Shown: piece by piece, positions 56,347-64,000 of the stretch
Layout of the letters: each line of letters opens with the position of its first letter
Numbering within the stretch: position 1 is the stretch's first letter
NCBI GenBank assembly: GCA_964519985.1
Contig: CAZFMF010000002.1
Location: 71,029 to 135,028, forward strand
Reading direction: 5' to 3'
Source of the DNA: an uncultured Pseudobdellovibrionaceae bacterium
Lineage (GTDB): Bacteria; Bdellovibrionota; FAC87; UBA2466
Length of the DNA: 64,000 nucleotides
The notes under the pieces: model-generated
What the model was told of the DNA's origin: nothing
What the model saw: the letters and a program-made list of their open reading frames with translations, nothing else
The model's database searches: none
Position numbers and translations under genes: made by a program

Positions 56347-58542
56347 CTAGTCCGCCGCCGGCTCGTTATAGGCCGCCGCGGCGTGGCCGCTGGTCATGCC
56401 CCGGGCACTGTTCGACGCCGCCGCTTCCGGAGCGCTCGCGCCCTGGTGTCGACGAAACTCGGCAAAACCCCCGGACGTCATATTCGCGCGTCCCAAAAAA
56501 CTCGATAAATCGCCATTCGCTTTCGCGGAAGCGATGCCTCTTACGGGAGCCACCGCTTTCAATCCGCGGGTGGAGCCCCCGACCAAACCGGCTTGCGGGC
56601 GACTGCGAAGCGCCGCGAGCAACCGGCTATCGACGGAAAGCACTTGGCCTTTGATTCCGCGCGCCGTCGCCTTGCGCGGCGTTTTGCCCGCTGCTTTTTG
56701 AGTGGCGGCGGCTTCTTCGTCGTCCGCTTCCCCGACATTGAAAACTTTTTCGTTCGTCGCCTTATCGGCCTTAAAGCCACGCGAAGCGCCCGAAGCCGGC
56801 GTGATGGATGCCAGCAGGCGCTGGTCGCCCGTCATGGCCTTCACCGGTTCGGCCGGATTTTGGTTAGAAGTGAATGCCCGCGCCATACCCAACCCCGAAG
56901 GCATTGAGCCGCCCGCCGAAGCGAGTGAGTTTAGCGCATCACCAGTCGATTGCGGGTTCGATGCCAGCGAAGCGCCGCTGGCCGCCGCATTCGGCGTCAC
57001 CGACAAACCGTTTCCGGAGTTGCTAGAAATCGTTCCCTGGGCCAAACCGGCTTGGGTGAGCTGCGCGCTCAGTGCCGCGCGGGCCAACGCCATGTTTTGA
57101 TCGGCTTGCTTTTCGGCCAAAGCGATGCGGCGATCGTTGTACTGCGCTTCATATTCCTGGCGCTCGCGCTCCGCTTTCGCGGCGTCTTCGCGCGCTTTTT
57201 CGAGCGAAGCCAACTGCAAACTCAAACGATCCGTCACGCCCTGATTGTTTTGTTGGGCGATACCGGCCTGGATCCCCGCTTGCGTCAAAGCTGTCTCTTG
57301 CTGCATCTGCGCGAGCTTCTCCGAATTTTCCGCCGTACGGTTGGTCATCCATTTCTGGGCATCGGCCTGCGTCTTCGCAATGGCCTGGTCGGCACCGGCT
57401 TGGATTCCGGCGACAATCATCGGTGCGATCGCGGCAATGATCGCGGCGGTCCCCATCAAAATTCCCGCGGCATCAATTCCTCCGCCGCCACCACCACCGC
57501 CTCCGCCGCCTCCCCCTTGGCAATCTTTGCACTCTTCCTCACCTTGGCCTTGACCGCCTTCGGCGCGCGCGTTGTGCACGAGCAGTGCTTCAGCGTGGTG
57601 GAGCAAGCGACCGAACTTCCAATATTTGGGTTTCGGTTGGATGCGATATTTCTTCTTATCAAAAAAGTTTTTGTCGAGGGCCGAAGCCTGGCCGTCTTCC
57701 GTGCGCTGTTGCGATTCCACCGCGAGCAAGTCACGAGTGGCGTCGACCATTCCGGACTGCCCGACCGTGCCGTTGTCGCGCACGACACCGACCGCCGTGG
57801 CCGAAGCGCGGGTTAAGCCCCCCGCAACCGTCGGAGTCGCCGTCTCGTCTTTGCGAATCGTTTCATCGAAGCCCAAGCGCCGCGCATCTTCCGTTCCCGA
57901 AGCGCTCGAAGCGATCTTCGCGGGCTCGGACGCCGGTGCCCGATCGAACTGCGCGGCGGGAACGACTTCCCCGCTCTGGGCATAAGGATCTTTTCCGACC
58001 GTCGCATCGCCCGGACGTGCGCCGCGCGCCGCCGATTCGTCATAAACAATCGTTGCGCCGCGACCGCCGCCCCGGCTTTCGCTCGGCACATTCATCATGT
58101 GCGCGGGCAAGCCGGCTCCGACTTTCGGAATCAATGCCGCACTGGGCGCCTGCAAGAATTTCTTGTAGTTGTCGGCCGCGTTCACGTCGATAAAACCACC
58201 CAGGAGCGCTTGGACCTGAGGCAAATCGCCGTTGTGAAGGTTGCCCGCTTGGAATTCCGCCGCGAGGCCCGCAATCGCGGCCGGCAGCGCGGCCACGGCG
58301 GCGCGTGCATTCTTACGGCGAAAATCATCCATGGGGTTTTCGGCGGCATCGCGCATTGAGCGGTTTACGCGGGCGATGGCCATAACCAAATTCGTAAAGG
58401 CCGGCATTCCCATGAGCTTGCTCATAGGGGCGGCTTCGATCGTCGCTCCGTTCAAAGCAAAGAGCGCGACGACGAGTAAACGCGGAGCGAAGCGTTTGTA
58501 GCTTCCCAAGGTGCGTACCAGTTTGTGCCGTCCGAGTTGCAT
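56347..58542 (-). CDS. large secreted coiled-coil protein with Gly13 tract (hypothetical)
   Basis: Signal peptide after MQLGRHK...; Gly/Ala-rich hydrophobic segment; Q-rich coiled-coil (QADAQKWMTN...); a run of 13 Gly encoded by (CCN)n at ~57480-57520. Confidence 0.5.
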   Translation of the reverse strand: MQLGRHKLVRTLGSYKRFAPRLLVVALFALNGATIEAAPMSKLMGMPAFTNLVMAIARVNRSMRDAAENPMDDFRRKNARAAVAALPAAIAGLAAEFQAGNLHNGDLPQVQALLGGFIDVNAADNYKKFLQAPSAALIPKVGAGLPAHMMNVPSESRGGGRGATIVYDESAARGARPGDATVGKDPYAQSGEVVPAAQFDRAPASEPAKIASSASGTEDARRLGFDETIRKDETATPTVAGGLTRASATAVGVVRDNGTVGQSGMVDATRDLLAVESQQRTEDGQASALDKNFFDKKKYRIQPKPKYWKFGRLLHHAEALLVHNARAEGGQGQGEEECKDCQGGGGGGGGGGGGGIDAAGILMGTAAIIAAIAPMIVAGIQAGADQAIAKTQADAQKWMTNRTAENSEKLAQMQQETALTQAGIQAGIAQQNNQGVTDRLSLQLASLEKAREDAAKAERERQEYEAQYNDRRIALAEKQADQNMALARAALSAQLTQAGLAQGTISSNSGNGLSVTPNAAASGASLASNPQSTGDALNSLASAGGSMPSGLGMARAFTSNQNPAEPVKAMTGDQRLLASITPASGASRGFKADKATNEKVFNVGEADDEEAAATQKAAGKTPRKATARGIKGQVLSVDSRLLAALRSRPQAGLVGGSTRGLKAVAPVRGIASAKANGDLSSFLGRANMTSGGFAEFRRHQGASAPEAAASNSARGMTSGHAAAAYNEPAAD

Positions 58543-58815
58543 AACCTTCCTGTTCAACCGGTTAAATTGCATTCGGCTTGCCAACCTCCACCGTATGCTG
58601 GGTGTGATCAATCCATTGAATTCATGAGGCTTTTATTTGAGGGCTCATCAGGGATCTGACAGTTTGCTTTCGCGGGTTCGGGGGTTTTGGCTAAGTGGTT
58701 GAAATCTTGAGGGAGAGTCTGCCTGGACTGTATACAGCCCGTTACGGTCTAGTATTCACCCTTCAAAATATTGTGATTTCAATAGGTTAGAAGAAGGACG
58801 GGTGAAGACTCTGTG

Positions 58816-59733
58816 TTATCGCCCAAGCCGTACGACGGTACCGGAATCGATACCCGCGGAGTGGCCGTGGTGGCTGTGGCCCGCCTCGGAATGGCCGGCG
58901 CCAATGGCCCGGGGCATCCCGGCGTTGGCTTCACGAGCGGAATGCCGCGGCCAATCGCTACCGACAAAAGCGCGGCGCAACGCCGTGGAGGGCAAGGTGC
59001 CGACTCGCCCGCGGGTGGATCCGCCCGCCACGGACGACGCGGTAGAAGTCACCCTTGTGCGACTCGCCTGACTGCCAATGCGACTCAGCAGACTGGAGCT
59101 CGAAACTGGGCTCGTGGCGGTCGGCGTATTGGGATTGTTTCCGAGACTGGAAAGCAAACGGTTCGACGCTGCCTCCGTGGACTTGGGCCGCGTCAGATTA
59201 TAACTCCGTGTCGATAACAAATCCCCGGAGTTTTGCGAGGCAAAAAGGGAATAGGAGCCCGGCTGCATCATCGAAAGGCGGGTTTGCTGATCGATGGTTT
59301 TTTCCTGCAAGTCGAGTTGGCGATTCAGTAACGAGTATTCCCGTTTGAGGCTGTCGCTACTCATCTTCTGCGTGAGCGCGCTGGACCGCGCGATCGCATC
59401 GAGCTGCATTTGCAGGCGCGTCGTCGTCTGCATTTGGTTGTAACCATTGATCGCGTACTGCATTCCCGCCATGGCGAGCGCGGTTTGCTGCTGGAGCTTG
59501 GCCTGGAATTCACTGACACGGCTGAAGCGATCGGTTTGGTACATCGCCACATCGGCGCTGAGCGCGCTGATCGCGACGTCGGAACCGGCGGCGGCGGCGG
59601 CCGCGCCGATGGAGGCGCCGGCCGCGACATTCGCAGCCACGCCGCCTAGAATGGCGCCGCCTTCCGCGTGCAAATCGGAAGCGCCGAAAGCGCAAAGCAG
59701 AGCAATGGAAAGTGTGATTCCCCCACGAAACAA
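58816..59733 (-). CDS. secreted coiled-coil protein, paralog-like to 56347..58542 (hypothetical)
   Basis: Signal peptide MFRGGITLSIALLCAFGASDLHA; same Gly/Ala-rich hydrophobic segment followed by a Q-rich coiled-coil. Confidence 0.45.
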   Translation of the reverse strand: MFRGGITLSIALLCAFGASDLHAEGGAILGGVAANVAAGASIGAAAAAAGSDVAISALSADVAMYQTDRFSRVSEFQAKLQQQTALAMAGMQYAINGYNQMQTTTRLQMQLDAIARSSALTQKMSSDSLKREYSLLNRQLDLQEKTIDQQTRLSMMQPGSYSLFASQNSGDLLSTRSYNLTRPKSTEAASNRLLSSLGNNPNTPTATSPVSSSSLLSRIGSQASRTRVTSTASSVAGGSTRGRVGTLPSTALRRAFVGSDWPRHSAREANAGMPRAIGAGHSEAGHSHHGHSAGIDSGTVVRLGR

Positions 59734-59897
59734 AGATTCCCCCTACAGGAACCTGAAGCATTTCCTGAGCCAGCCCATCCGTGCGGCGGCCGTGCCGCGG
59801 CGCCCCCAAAAAGCGATCACCGCCTGTGCACTGGAAAAAAGGTGTGACAGCGAACCAGCGCCGTTGTGAAATATCGCCTCTAACAGGAGAAATTATG

Positions 59898-60506
59898 GGC
59901 GAATCGAGCGTTTATCCTTACTTGGTATTCTTCATGCGATGGATCCATATCCTCGCCGGCATCACTTGGATCGGGCTTTTGTACTTTTTCAATTTTGTGA
60001 ACGTCCCCTTCCAAGCGGTCTTGGACAAGGACTACAAACCCAAGGTCAACCCACCGCTCTTGCTGCGGGCTTTGTGGTGGTTCCGTTGGGCCGCAATGGT
60101 GACGATGGTCGTGGGATGGCTCTTGCTGTTCTACAAGTACAGCCATCAATACCTATGGTTCGGCGCGGAAGGTGATTTGAGTTCAATGGCGAAGTGGATT
60201 CTGCTCGGCGGAACACTCGGAACCATCATGTGGTTCAACGTCTGGTTCATCATCTGGCCCTGCCAGAGGAAGATCATCGGCTTCATGCAAGCCGGTCAAG
60301 CGTCACCGGAGGCTCCGGCCCTGGCGAAAAAGGCGCTACTGTTCTCGCGCACCAACGCCTACTTGTCGGGTCCGATGTTATTCTCAATGATCGCTCCGAA
60401 TCATTTCGGCGCGATGAACGTGATGGCTGTGCTCATGGTGTTTGTCGTCGGGATGGGAACCATCTGGGCGCTTATCAAGACGTCGGCGAAAGTCGCGACG
60501 GCCTAA
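59898..60506 (+). CDS. integral membrane protein (PuuD-N-terminal-like / DUF family)
   Basis: Four to five TM helices; WIHILAGITWIGLLYFFNFVN motif; ATG after AGGAGA. Confidence 0.5.
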   Translation, partial: GESSVYPYLVFFMRWIHILAGITWIGLLYFFNFVNVPFQAVLDKDYKPKVNPPLLLRALWWFRWAAMVTMVVGWLLLFYKYSHQYLWFGAEGDLSSMAKWILLGGTLGTIMWFNVWFIIWPCQRKIIGFMQAGQASPEAPALAKKALLFSRTNAYLSGPMLFSMIAPNHFGAMNVMAVLMVFVVGMGTIWALIKTSAKVATA

Positions 60507-60508
60507 GA

Positions 60509-60636
60509 GTCATTGCGAGGCCCGCAAATCCTTAGTCATTGCGAGGCCCACAGGGCCGAAGCAATCTCGCACCGCCCCGCGCGGTGCGGGGTTGCTTCGC
60601 TGTGCTCGCAACGACACCTTTCTCACAACGACAGCC
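60509..60636. repeat. REP-like palindromic element, family A, compound copy
   Basis: Two tandem GTCATTGCGAGGCCC units, CGAAGCAATCTCGC, a GC hairpin (CCGCCCCGCGCGGTGCGGGG) and inverted CTCGCAACGAC. Confidence 0.7.
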
Positions 60637-60734
60637 TTATGGTCGGGGCCAGAGCAGCCACGCCACCATTAAAGCAAAAAGCCCCGCGAGAGCGGGGCCG
60701 GCGACTAAGATCCATTGCTTGGACGGGAGACGCA

Positions 60735-61010
60735 TTACGAGTCGATGCGTTTTTTGAGTTCCTTGCCGACCTTGAAGAACGGCAGCTTCTTTTCGGGGAC
60801 GAAAACGTCCGCGCCAGTCTTGGGGTTACGGCCGACATAAGACTTGTAGTTCTTCACGAACCAGCTGCCAAAGCCGCGAATTTCGATACGGTCGCCCTTC
60901 ACCATCGACTGGAAGAAAGCATCGAAGATCGTGTTCACTAGTTCTTCCGACTTTTTCTTGGTGAGATTCGCTTTGCGGGCCAAGACTTCAATCAGTTCGG
61001 ATTTGGTCAA
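60735..61010 (-). CDS. integration host factor / HU-family DNA-binding protein (IHF-beta-like)
   Basis: GDRIEIRGFGSWFVKNYKSYVGRNPKTG matches the IHF/HU beta-arm signature. Confidence 0.85.
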   Translation of the reverse strand: MTKSELIEVLARKANLTKKKSEELVNTIFDAFFQSMVKGDRIEIRGFGSWFVKNYKSYVGRNPKTGADVFVPEKKLPFFKVGKELKKRIDS

Positions 61011-61181
61011 AGGAGCCTCCGTTAAGAACTAAGGGAACATCGGTTTGGCTGTATCTAAGTACCTTATAATGATAGCTTTTTCTCAGGCATTCGCAATGAA
61101 AAACAACCGTTTCGGACAAGGGCCGCCCGCAAGCCCTCACGGCCCTCGCCACCGGTTCCCGATAGTGTTATTTCGCTTAAG

Positions 61182-62546
61182 ATGCTGAGCTACGCGACAT
61201 CCATTTTCGCCTATACCGCGCTACTGAAAGTCGCGGATGCGTTGACGGCGCTGGGCGTTTGGTACGCATGCTGGTACCTGCGCTTTCACAGCAACCTCGT
61301 ACCGGTGCCGAAGGGAATGCCCGAGTTGGGCTACTACACGCGAGTTTCGCTCCCGCTGGTGCTGGTCATTTCCCTCATGCTGCACGTCGTCGGCGCGTAT
61401 CGCTCCGATCGCATCCAGTTCGGATTTCGAGCGATCAAAAAAGTCATGCAGGGTGCGATCCTGGGCACTTTGATCTTCGTCGCCACTTGCTACTTCTTAA
61501 ACGAGGTCGACTTCTCGCGCGTGTTCTTGGTGCTCTATGCCGGCTTACTCTCGGTAGCATTCGCGGTGGAACGGGCGTTCCTCCATTTGGGATGGCGGGC
61601 ATGGATGCGCACCGGGGTTCGCAAGATCCGGATGCTGCTCGTCGGTGGCGGAGAGTTGTTGGAGATGTACGCGGCGAAGATTGAGGCCGCGCAACCTTAT
61701 CCGGTCCAGTGGGTAGGCCATGTTCGAGCCGGACACGAATCGCAATTGCCGGAAGTCTTGGCCGCGACCCATCCCGATCAAGTGGTCGTGTCCTATCCGG
61801 AAAACTCCAGCGCGGCTTACTCTGGAATTTTGGAATTGCTCTCCGAGGAACTCGTCGACGTCAAACTTCTCCCGGACTTTGGGCGTTACAGCACGTTTCG
61901 TTACCTCGCCAAGGATGAATGCGGCGTGCCATTGCTCGCCTTCAATCAGACGCCGGTGGGAAACTCCGATCGCGCCTTTAAGCGCGTTCTGGACATCGTC
62001 GGTTCGATTGGGTTTCTGTTGGTTTGCGCCCCGCTCTACGCGACCATCGCCGTGCTGGTGAAGCTCACCTCGAAGGGACCGGTTTTCTTCGTCCAGGAAC
62101 GCGTGGGCGCCGACGACGCCCGCTTCAATATCTACAAGTTCCGCACGATGCGCGTGAATGCTGAAGCCGAAACCGGTCCGGTTTGGGCGGTGAAAAACGA
62201 CGACCGTACGACGCCCATCGGCAAATGGCTGCGCCGCACCAGCCTCGATGAGATCCCGCAGTTTTGGAATGTGTTGAAGGGCGATATGAGTTTGGTGGGG
62301 CCGCGCCCCGAACGTCCCGAGTTTGTGCGTCAGTTTCGCAAGGAAATCCCGAAATACATGCTCCGACACAAGATGAAATCGGGCATTACCGGCTGGGCCC
62401 AAATCAACGGCTGGCGCGGGAATACGTCGTTAAACGAGCGGATCAAACACGATCTTTATTACATCGGCCACTGGTCGCACCTTTTCGACATCAAGATCCT
62501 GTGTTTGACTCTCTACAAAGGGTTTGTGAATCGCCATGCCTACTGA
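61182..62546 (+). CDS. undecaprenyl-phosphate sugar phosphotransferase (WbaP/exopolysaccharide priming enzyme family)
   Basis: Bacterial sugar transferase C-terminal domain (KRVLDIVGS...PVFFVQERVG...KFRTM...DEIPQFWNVLKGDMSLVGPRP). Confidence 0.9.
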   Translation: MLSYATSIFAYTALLKVADALTALGVWYACWYLRFHSNLVPVPKGMPELGYYTRVSLPLVLVISLMLHVVGAYRSDRIQFGFRAIKKVMQGAILGTLIFVATCYFLNEVDFSRVFLVLYAGLLSVAFAVERAFLHLGWRAWMRTGVRKIRMLLVGGGELLEMYAAKIEAAQPYPVQWVGHVRAGHESQLPEVLAATHPDQVVVSYPENSSAAYSGILELLSEELVDVKLLPDFGRYSTFRYLAKDECGVPLLAFNQTPVGNSDRAFKRVLDIVGSIGFLLVCAPLYATIAVLVKLTSKGPVFFVQERVGADDARFNIYKFRTMRVNAEAETGPVWAVKNDDRTTPIGKWLRRTSLDEIPQFWNVLKGDMSLVGPRPERPEFVRQFRKEIPKYMLRHKMKSGITGWAQINGWRGNTSLNERIKHDLYYIGHWSHLFDIKILCLTLYKGFVNRHAY

Positions 62547-63690
62547 TGTCGCGAAATTGAAAGTCGCCATTGTCCACGATTGGCTGGTGAGCTCGCGCGG
62601 CGGCGAGCGCGTGCTGGACGCCCTCTGCGAGATTTTTCCGCAGGCCGAGATCTTCACGCTCTTTCATCGTCCGGGAAAAGTGAATGCGCGAATTGGAGCG
62701 CACAAGATCCATACTTCGTTCTTGAACGGGTTTCCCGGAATCGAAAACTACTATCGCTACCTGTTGCCGCTCTTCCCTTTCGCGGTGGAACGACTGCCGG
62801 TGCGGGGCTTTGATCTGGTGATTTCATCGAGCCACTGTGTGGCCAAAGGCATCATTCCGGATCCGGAAGCCTTACACGTCAGCTATTGCTACACGACGAT
62901 GCGCTACGCCTGGGATCAGTACGACCAATACTTTCCGCCGGGATTGAAGGAGAAGCTCATCGCGCCGTTCATGCATTCGCTTCGGCAGTGGGATGTCACT
63001 TCGTCGGCGCGAGTAGACCAGTTCGTCGCGATTTCGCACTTCGTCGCGAAACGCATCGAGAAATACTATCGCCGCGACTCGGATGTGATTTACCCGTTCG
63101 TCGACCTGGAACATTTCAAGCCGGTGCACGGCGAACGCGGCGACTACTACCTACTGGTCTCGGCCTTCGCGCCCTACAAACGCGTAGAACTCGCGATCGA
63201 AGCCTGCCAACGCCTCGACCGCCGTCTGCTGATTGTCGGCGACGGGCAGGACGCCAAGAAGTTACGGGGACTGGCCGGCAAGCGCACCGAATTTCTGGGT
63301 AGCCTTCCTGATACCGACTTACCGGACCTTTACGCCGGCGCCCGCGCCCTGCTCTTTCCCGGCACCGAAGATTTTGGGATTACGCCGCTAGAAGCGATGG
63401 CCTGCGGCACACCGGTGATTGCCTACGGCAAGGGAGGGGCCTGCGAGACGGTCGAGGATGGCCGCACGGGCATTTTCTTCCACGAGCAATCGGTCAGCGG
63501 AATGGTGAAAGCCATTCAACAATTCGAATCGCTCCCCGGCGCCTGCTCCCCCCAGGCCTGCCGCGATCGCGCCCAATTCTTCAGCCGCCAACGCTTCCAA
63601 TCAGAATTCCTCGGCCTGATTGCGAAACGGCTCGAAAGCCCCTCTCGCCCCGAAGAAAAAAAATCCCCCATCCCCGACCTCTATTTCTAG
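62536..63690 (+). CDS. glycosyltransferase family 4 (GT-B)
   Basis: GT4 C-terminal motif (FPGTEDFGITPLEAMACGTPVIA) and an N-terminal KVAIVHDWL...GGERV region. Confidence 0.85.
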   Translation: MPTDVAKLKVAIVHDWLVSSRGGERVLDALCEIFPQAEIFTLFHRPGKVNARIGAHKIHTSFLNGFPGIENYYRYLLPLFPFAVERLPVRGFDLVISSSHCVAKGIIPDPEALHVSYCYTTMRYAWDQYDQYFPPGLKEKLIAPFMHSLRQWDVTSSARVDQFVAISHFVAKRIEKYYRRDSDVIYPFVDLEHFKPVHGERGDYYLLVSAFAPYKRVELAIEACQRLDRRLLIVGDGQDAKKLRGLAGKRTEFLGSLPDTDLPDLYAGARALLFPGTEDFGITPLEAMACGTPVIAYGKGGACETVEDGRTGIFFHEQSVSGMVKAIQQFESLPGACSPQACRDRAQFFSRQRFQSEFLGLIAKRLESPSRPEEKKSPIPDLYF

Positions 63691-63709
63691 GTGGAACTGC
63701 CAAGGCGAC

Positions 63710-64000
63710 TCAGAGACTGATCGCCCAGCTAAAGTAGTCGCCCGATGCGCCGCCTGAATTGAGCATTGGAACATCGTAAGGGGCCGTGATCCCGGCATTC
63801 CCTTTAGACCGATATAAAAAGACCGCCCCGAAGCCGCTGTAACCGTCCGCTCCGACCGCGAGATCCGCATAGCCATCCCCGTTCATATCGCCGAGGGCAA
63901 GATGCGTGGAAAAACCGTCAGCGCTGCTTGCGCCGACCAAGGAACTATTCGGAGCGGAAGCTAATCCAGCGAGACCTTGCGAAAGAAAAACGTAAGCCGC
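63710..64000 (-). CDS. FG-GAP repeat protein, C-terminal fragment (gene starts beyond window end)
   Basis: GDMNGDGYADLAVGADGYSGFGAVFLY is an FG-GAP/integrin-alpha-type repeat. Confidence 0.5.
   Translation of the reverse strand, partial: AAYVFLSQGLAGLASAPNSSLVGASSADGFSTHLALGDMNGDGYADLAVGADGYSGFGAVFLYRSKGNAGITAPYDVPMLNSGGASGDYFSWAISL

Noticed and set aside
61545-62402. 285-aa minus-strand ORF
   Set aside because: It is antisense to the sugar phosphotransferase gene, which has a clear domain signature.
1-64000. CRISPR arrays, reverse transcriptases (retron/DGR), integrases and transposases
   Set aside because: No regularly spaced direct repeats were seen, and no ORF carries RT, integrase or transposase motifs. 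The repeats present are palindromic REP/MITE-like elements, not CRISPR.

Overview
The window is a roughly 58-60% GC chromosomal segment that reads as a flagellated Gram-negative bacterium; the mix of secreted proteases, Tad-like parts and dcw genes may point to a delta-proteobacterial or Bdellovibrio-like lineage, but that is inference. Coordinates taken from the ORF track are reliable; hand-derived coordinates may be off by about 1 nt, because one hand-indexed position disagreed with the track by 1 nt.

From 5' to 3' the window holds:
- the N-terminal part of smc
- ppdK
- a single-chain glycine-tRNA ligase
- an orphan tadB/tadC-like pair
- a long-chain acyl-CoA ligase
- small secreted proteins and an Hsp20 gene, with a 28-nt A/T homopolymer
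- a DsbA-like lipoprotein
- a partial dcw cluster on the minus strand (rsmH-ftsL-ftsI-[Na/solute symporter]-murE-murF-mraY-murD), lacking mraZ and truncated after murD
- flagellar cap genes fliD-fliS plus a possible fliT-like gene
- TPR proteins
- a putative five-gene envelope operon (two small paralogs, an outer-membrane beta-barrel, a TPR protein, a lipoprotein)
- PBP1A
- an ArsC/Spx-like gene, an MNT-HEPN toxin-antitoxin pair and a large noncanonical P-loop GTPase just downstream of murA
- prmC-prfA-rpmE
- a minimal secretin plus TadA/VirB11-like ATPase pair
- three secreted proteases (S1, HExxH metalloprotease, S8)
- tRNA-Arg(CCU) followed by a rhodanese gene
- ilvC and uvrB
- a low-GC AbiEi/AbiEii abortive-infection island, with a ComEC-type MBL hydrolase gene on its far side
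- a GT2 glycosyltransferase
- a cluster of paralogous secreted coiled-coil proteins, one with a Gly13 tract
- IHF and the start of a polysaccharide locus (sugar phosphotransferase, GT4, FG-GAP protein).

Non-coding structure is rich. There are at least two families of palindromic REP/MITE-like elements, a 149-bp element with perfect 32-bp inverted termini, a 28-nt homopolymer, and several hairpin terminators.

No CRISPR array, reverse transcriptase, integrase or transposase gene was seen. The most system-like candidates are the GTPase-MNT-HEPN locus, the AbiE island, the split Tad-like machinery, the five-gene envelope operon and the secreted coiled-coil paralog cluster. None can be assigned a function from sequence alone.
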